From the human T2T-CHM13v2.0 reference genome, Homo sapiens, in the NCBI RefSeq assembly GCF_009914755.1, contig NC_060947.1: 64,000 nt of DNA; one strand, 5' to 3'. The notes below the pieces were generated by a model. That model made no database searches and was not told the DNA's origin. It saw nothing but the letters and a program-made list of their open reading frames with translations. How positions within the stretch are numbered: the first letter of the stretch is position 1; each line of letters begins with the position of its first letter. The position numbers and the translations under genes were made by a program. This document shows positions 58,148 to 64,000 of the stretch, piece by piece.

Positions 58148-59878
58148 TTGATTTCAATTTTAAATGTGAAATTGATTTTAGGCTTGTGATTGTAAGTTGA
58201 AAAATATAACAGGATTTTACTGTTTGGTAAATAATACTGGACTCTTTAAGTGACCTTTCAATTCTCTCAATAAGTATGAATATTTAAAACATTTAATAAG
58301 CTAGAAGACTTAAAAGTTTAAATGGCAAAATCTAAATATTTAAGAGTTTTAATGGTAATAAATTGAAATATTTAATGTTTAAATAGTAATGAAATTAAGT
58401 ATACATATTTATTGAATAAATCAATGTATTTATTAGATTTATAAAAGTTGTTTACGTTTCTAGAAAGAATTTGCTTGTGTGGGTTGTACGTTTGCCCAGC
58501 TAGACAGATACTTGAATGGTTAAACAGAAAACTGAATATATTGACTTTATAAATGTACACTAACATGTATAAAGAATTTTTGCTAATTAAGTTTATAAAT
58601 GAGAGCAATTGTTTGAATTTAAATTGTTCAGTTCAAATTTAACTCTAATCAAAACCCTCTGTGAAACGAGTTGTTTTTATTATATATAAAAGATACTGGT
58701 ATTATTAATATAAGCAGAAAAATGAAACTTTTTTTTAAGTTGAACTTAAAAGCTTGAGGAAAATCTTGATTTTATAATCATAATAAATTAATGTAGATTT
58801 AAAGGCTATATAACTGTAAATAGCCCTTTCTAAATAAAAAAAAAGAACAAGAAAATAAGAATGCCAGTCTTAGACATTTAAAAAATTATGAATAACAGCT
58901 AAATTTGTCTTTTGGCAATCAAGAAATAATGTTCTCATTAAACAAAGGTGATGTGTCAGAAGGGCGTGTCACTTTCAATGTGCAGTAGGATGCTGAGGAT
59001 ATAGAATCAGTCCCTATCTTATCATCTTGTGTCACTGGTTCCAAAGTCACATGATTTCTGGAGCCAACTCTGCATGCCTCATTTACCTCTAGGACAAAGG
59101 ACTTTATGGCTCTGGGCAGATAAAACAATGGGGGCTCAGTTACCATTCAACAGAATACAAGAATATTAGTTCTGAAAGGACCCTCACTCTCCTCCTCACT
59201 TTTAGAGAAAGAACACTTTCCCCAGTGGTGAAATGGCCAGGACTGGTCCTTGGGGGCAGTGTTAACTCTCCATCCAGGGCATAAACTTTGGAGGACATTT
59301 CCGGCAGGGTTATTTATATATTCTTCCCCTTCTGTTAGTTTCTTAGGGTATATTCCACCATATTTGCCAGTTTTTATATAACAACGGCTCCAAACCTCCA
59401 TGAATTCCTTTTCTGTTTGAGCAAATGAGTAATGGGGTGCCACAAAACAAAGTATATGGAGACAACAAACTTCTGAGAACTGTCCAACAGTGATGTGTGA
59501 ATGGGTGTGCACACATGTAGGAGGGGACATGAAAGTGTGGAATCTACTTTTTTTGTCTAATTTTCTATCGTTTACAAAAACTTGAAAATGATACCAAGAC
59601 TATGCTACACAATATCATGACATGCAATTGTTAAAAGAGGCATATTACTTTACTTTTTTCTTTCCTGCTCTGCCTATTTAGAAAATGTATCCAAATAACC
59701 CATGATGGCACTTTATAACAGCCAGAATTGATAGTCAGATAGCTCTTAGGCTAGTAAGCTGAAAATAAGAGCTAAACCCTCTTTATCCTACCGCCTTAAA
59801 ACAAAACAAAAAACAAAACAAAAAAACCCCAAACAAAAAAAAAAGCCCAGTAGGCTCTCTATGTGGCAGTAAACCATA

Positions 59879-59897
59879 TAGTGCCATCTACTGGCTG
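59879..59897 (-). promoter_or_regulatory. Candidate CTCF binding site
   Basis: Minus strand reads CAGCCAGTAGATGGCACTA, an exact fit to core CCASYAGRKGGCRS with favoured flanks, in unique sequence. Confidence 0.7.
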
Positions 59898-61350
59898 TTT
59901 ACTAATACGTGTTATTCAATCAGGGCCACCAAACAAAGGCATTAGATGGGAGACATGGGAGAAGCAAGCTCTGTCCTCACTCTTTCCTCTGTGCCTTGAG
60001 ACTGTTGTATGCCCTCGGAAACACAGAGATGGCAAAGCTCCTTCTATGAGAAAGCATTTCCCATTTCCACTGGGACCCATTTTTTTCTTTCTTTTCTTCA
60101 AAGAAGCACACAAGAACTGAAAAATACCTTCAATTTGGCTTGGCCATCAACAAACACATTTCTAAGCAAACAAAGATTACGTTTAACTCCCTCATTTTCT
60201 TTTCCCACTCCTGTTCTTTTCAATAAAAAGATTAACTAAAGCTGGCCAACAAATCAAGGCAAATATCTGGAGACTTTGAATCCTGCACCGAGGCTTCATA
60301 CCGCCTGGACAGAAGGAGGCAAGGATAATTGAGTGACGACTACTCTAGCATGAAGTATGCTGTTTGTTTCTACTTGTTGGTTTCATGTTTCAATTCATTG
60401 TGGCATCAGGGCAAACGGATTTTTGTGTAAGCTCTTAGCTGAGATGATACTGCTGAGCTTTTGACTGTCCTGCCATTTCCCTCCATGAATTGGCAGGAAA
60501 AATATTTATATTTTAATCAAATACAAATACACATGAAACAGTCTTTTTAGGAGTTTCTTTTCCTGTGTAATGAAGTGAAATGAGGGGAAACGCTGAACTG
60601 ACTAATCAGATTCGCCACTCCAAAGAAGCTCAAATGTCATCTCTATGGCAACATGTCAGCCAGGGTCCGCCCTCATCTCTTCCCTCAGACTGCAAACTGC
60701 ACGTTGCCACTGCTACATGAATTAATGTGGAGAACACACTAAAAACAGTGAGATTTGGCTTATGAAGAAGGATCTTAAGGTTGATCCCATTCATGTAACA
60801 CTCTATCCTGTTTTTAATTTTCTTTCTTCAAATTGAATTAGTCTTTGAGGACCTGCTTCACACAATGGCTTCACTCACTGGCTCCTCACTCTGTGTTTCA
60901 GAGGGATGCCAAGTTGTTGAGTCCTTTGTTCTGGGAGGGGACTGAGGTCATTTGCACTTTGGACCCCAAATTGGGCAAATCTCAGAGAGGTGATGCAATG
61001 CAGAAGGTGAGTCCAGTGTATATACCAGGGAACTAATTTTACCATCTTAAGAAGGCATGCAAAAGTTTATCTATTCATTGGAAGATCACCTATTGAAAAA
61101 TATGTTATAGTTTTCTGACTAAACTCATCAAGGCTAGTGTTTACGTAGGTAGTCAATTAGTTTTAAGACCCAGGAGAAATGTCCCTTTCATCAATCATGT
61201 GCCTCATATTCGTGTTCCTTATGAGGGAAATTAATCTGCACAGCTCCTCTAAATTCTTCATTTTATTATAATTAGCTATTTATTTTTATCTGTTCTTAAA
61301 ATTGTGGAAAGTGGCTCAGAACTATCTTCCTTAAGATTCTTTTTATACTT

Positions 61351-61686
<336 letters not shown>

Positions 61687-61993
61687 CTACCTAGCTTTCA
61701 GGCAAGGAAGCCAATTGGACAAAAGCAAATGTTGCAAGAAGCCAAATTCACTGAGTCTACCTATTGTAGGTTTAATTGTTTTAAGTGGAATGTTGTATTT
61801 TAGTGACTAATATATAGTTTCTCAAAATAAGGTAAATTAAGAGTAGGCAGAAGAATCCTAAAAATGCTAAAAGTCTGGCAAAAGAGAAGTATAAACTTCT
61901 CATATGGAAAACTATTTTTGCATCCCCTCAAATTGGTATTTATATGTAACAGGATTTTTTCAATTTCTTCTGTTGCTGTCTGGATGGTTTTAA

Positions 61994-62356
<363 letters not shown>

Positions 62357-62431
62357 TGATTATTAGTCATTTCCTAGTATATTAAGCAATCCAAAAATTT
62401 TAAAACTTAAATGTTTAAATGGAATAAAAAT

Positions 62432-63120
62432 TGCTGGTGGGAATGTATAATACAACCACTATGGAGATTCCTTAAAGAACTAAAAGTAGAACTACCATTT
62501 GATCCAGCAATCCCACTGCTGGGTATCTACCCAGAGGAAAAGAAGTCATTATACGAAAAAGATGCTTGCACACGCATGTTTATAGCAGCACAATTCGCAA
62601 TTGCAAAAATGTGGAACCAACCCAAATGGCCATCAATCAAGTAGTGGATAAATAAAGTGTGGGGTGTGTGTGTATATGTGTGTGTGTATATATATGTATA
62701 TATGTGTGTGTGTATATATATCTATTTCATCATATATATGATGGAATACTACTCAGCCATAAAAAGGAGTGAATTAATGGCATTTGCAGCAACCTCGATG
62801 ATATTGAAGACCATTATTGTAAGTGAAGTAACTCAGGAATGGAAAACCAAACATTGTATGCTCTCACTCATAAATGGGAGCTAAGCTATGAGGATCAAAA
62901 AGCATAAGAATGACACAATGGACTTTGGGGACTCAGGGGGAAAGGGTGGGAAGGGGGTGAGGGATAAAAGACTACAAATTGGGTGCAGGGTATACTGCTT
63001 GGGTGATGGGTGCACTGAAACCTCACAAACCACCACTTGAGAACTTACTCATGTAACTAAATACCACCTGTTCCCTGAATAACCCATGGAAATAAAAAAT
63101 TTTTTAAAAATGAAAAAAAA
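62432..63120 (+). mobile_element. L1PB-type (L1PB1-like) 3' fragment
   Basis: ELPFDPAIPLLGIYPEEKKS peptide; internal (TG/TA)n; 3' end GAACTTACTCATGTAAC...CACCTGTTCCC...GGAAATAAAAA. Confidence 0.9.
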
Positions 63121-64000
63121 TTAAATAGAAATTAAATTAAACTAAATTAAACTTAAATAAGTACAAGTAAAATTTTAAATACAAATTCAAAAATAGATCA
63201 AATAAATAAGAATTTAAATAACAATTGAGTTAAAATTTATATTAAATATTTAAATTTAAATTCAAAAGCAAAAAGCAACAAATTGCTAAAACAATTCCAT
63301 CATATGATTTGATTATATATCTGTACATATATGTATAAATAAAAAATATATATGTATAATACATATGTAGGTGAGATATGTTGAATGATTTGACATGAGA
63401 GGTAAAATCATATAAAGTAGTGAAAAGGGAGTTTGGAAGGCCAGAAGGGACATATGAAGGGTTAAATGAGTGGTAGCTCATCTTTAAAATATATTAACTA
63501 TAAGTATGAAATTGGACTTGAAGGATTAAAAAAATAAATTGGTTAAAACTTCTAAAAATGCTGAAAGATAACTGTAAATGAAAGTACATTAAAATATTTT
63601 AAAAATTTAGTTTAAACTGAAAAGTAATTCTGATATGATTATTGATAATGAAATATGTAGTTCTAAATGTATTTAATGTGCTTTATTAATTATTAAATAG
63701 ATTGTATAGGAAATGCACATGTAACCTATTATCAGATACTAAGGTGGAATAGTTCTGTTAAAGCTGTTTAAATAGTCCTTGGAACACTCTAAATGCCATT
63801 TAAAAAATAAATCAGAAAATTTATGTATTGCCTTTGATGAATTAACAGAGCCATTATGTGTGTGTGCATGTGTGAGTTTGTGTGTTTCAAATCTGGCTAT
63901 TTCTTACCTCTCTTCCCTTAACCATTGCGTTCTGACCAATGAAGAGAAGAGCAGATTTAGTATTTTCCATTTTAGTGCTATAATTCTGTTAATGCAGCGC

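Overview
Primate (most likely human or great-ape) genomic DNA, AT-rich and apparently non-coding (intergenic or deep intronic). I found no host protein-coding exon, RNA gene or CRISPR-like array. Nearly all long ORFs in the track are LINE-1 remnants, Alu translations or low-complexity sequence. The window holds a full-length but inactivated L1PA4-like LINE-1 with a 15-bp TSD (5591-11751), several truncated or old L1s, about 25 Alu/FLAM copies, solo LTRs (MER50, MSTA, MSTB, MLT1-type), hAT MITEs (MER5, MER20, MER53, MER58A), MIR/L2 relics, microsatellites and two strong, co-oriented CTCF motifs. I see no support for a new gene system. The most interesting signals are rearrangement scars in and around repeats: a MER5A segment displaced into a duplicated Alu 5' end, possible conversion tracts between distant L1 and Alu copies, an L1 inserted at the homologous position of an older L1, an Alu sitting on an ~0.8-kb deletion, and several hairpins and templated insertions. 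Subfamily names rest on diagnostics recalled from consensus sequences, not on an alignment run, and need RepeatMasker/Dfam confirmation.
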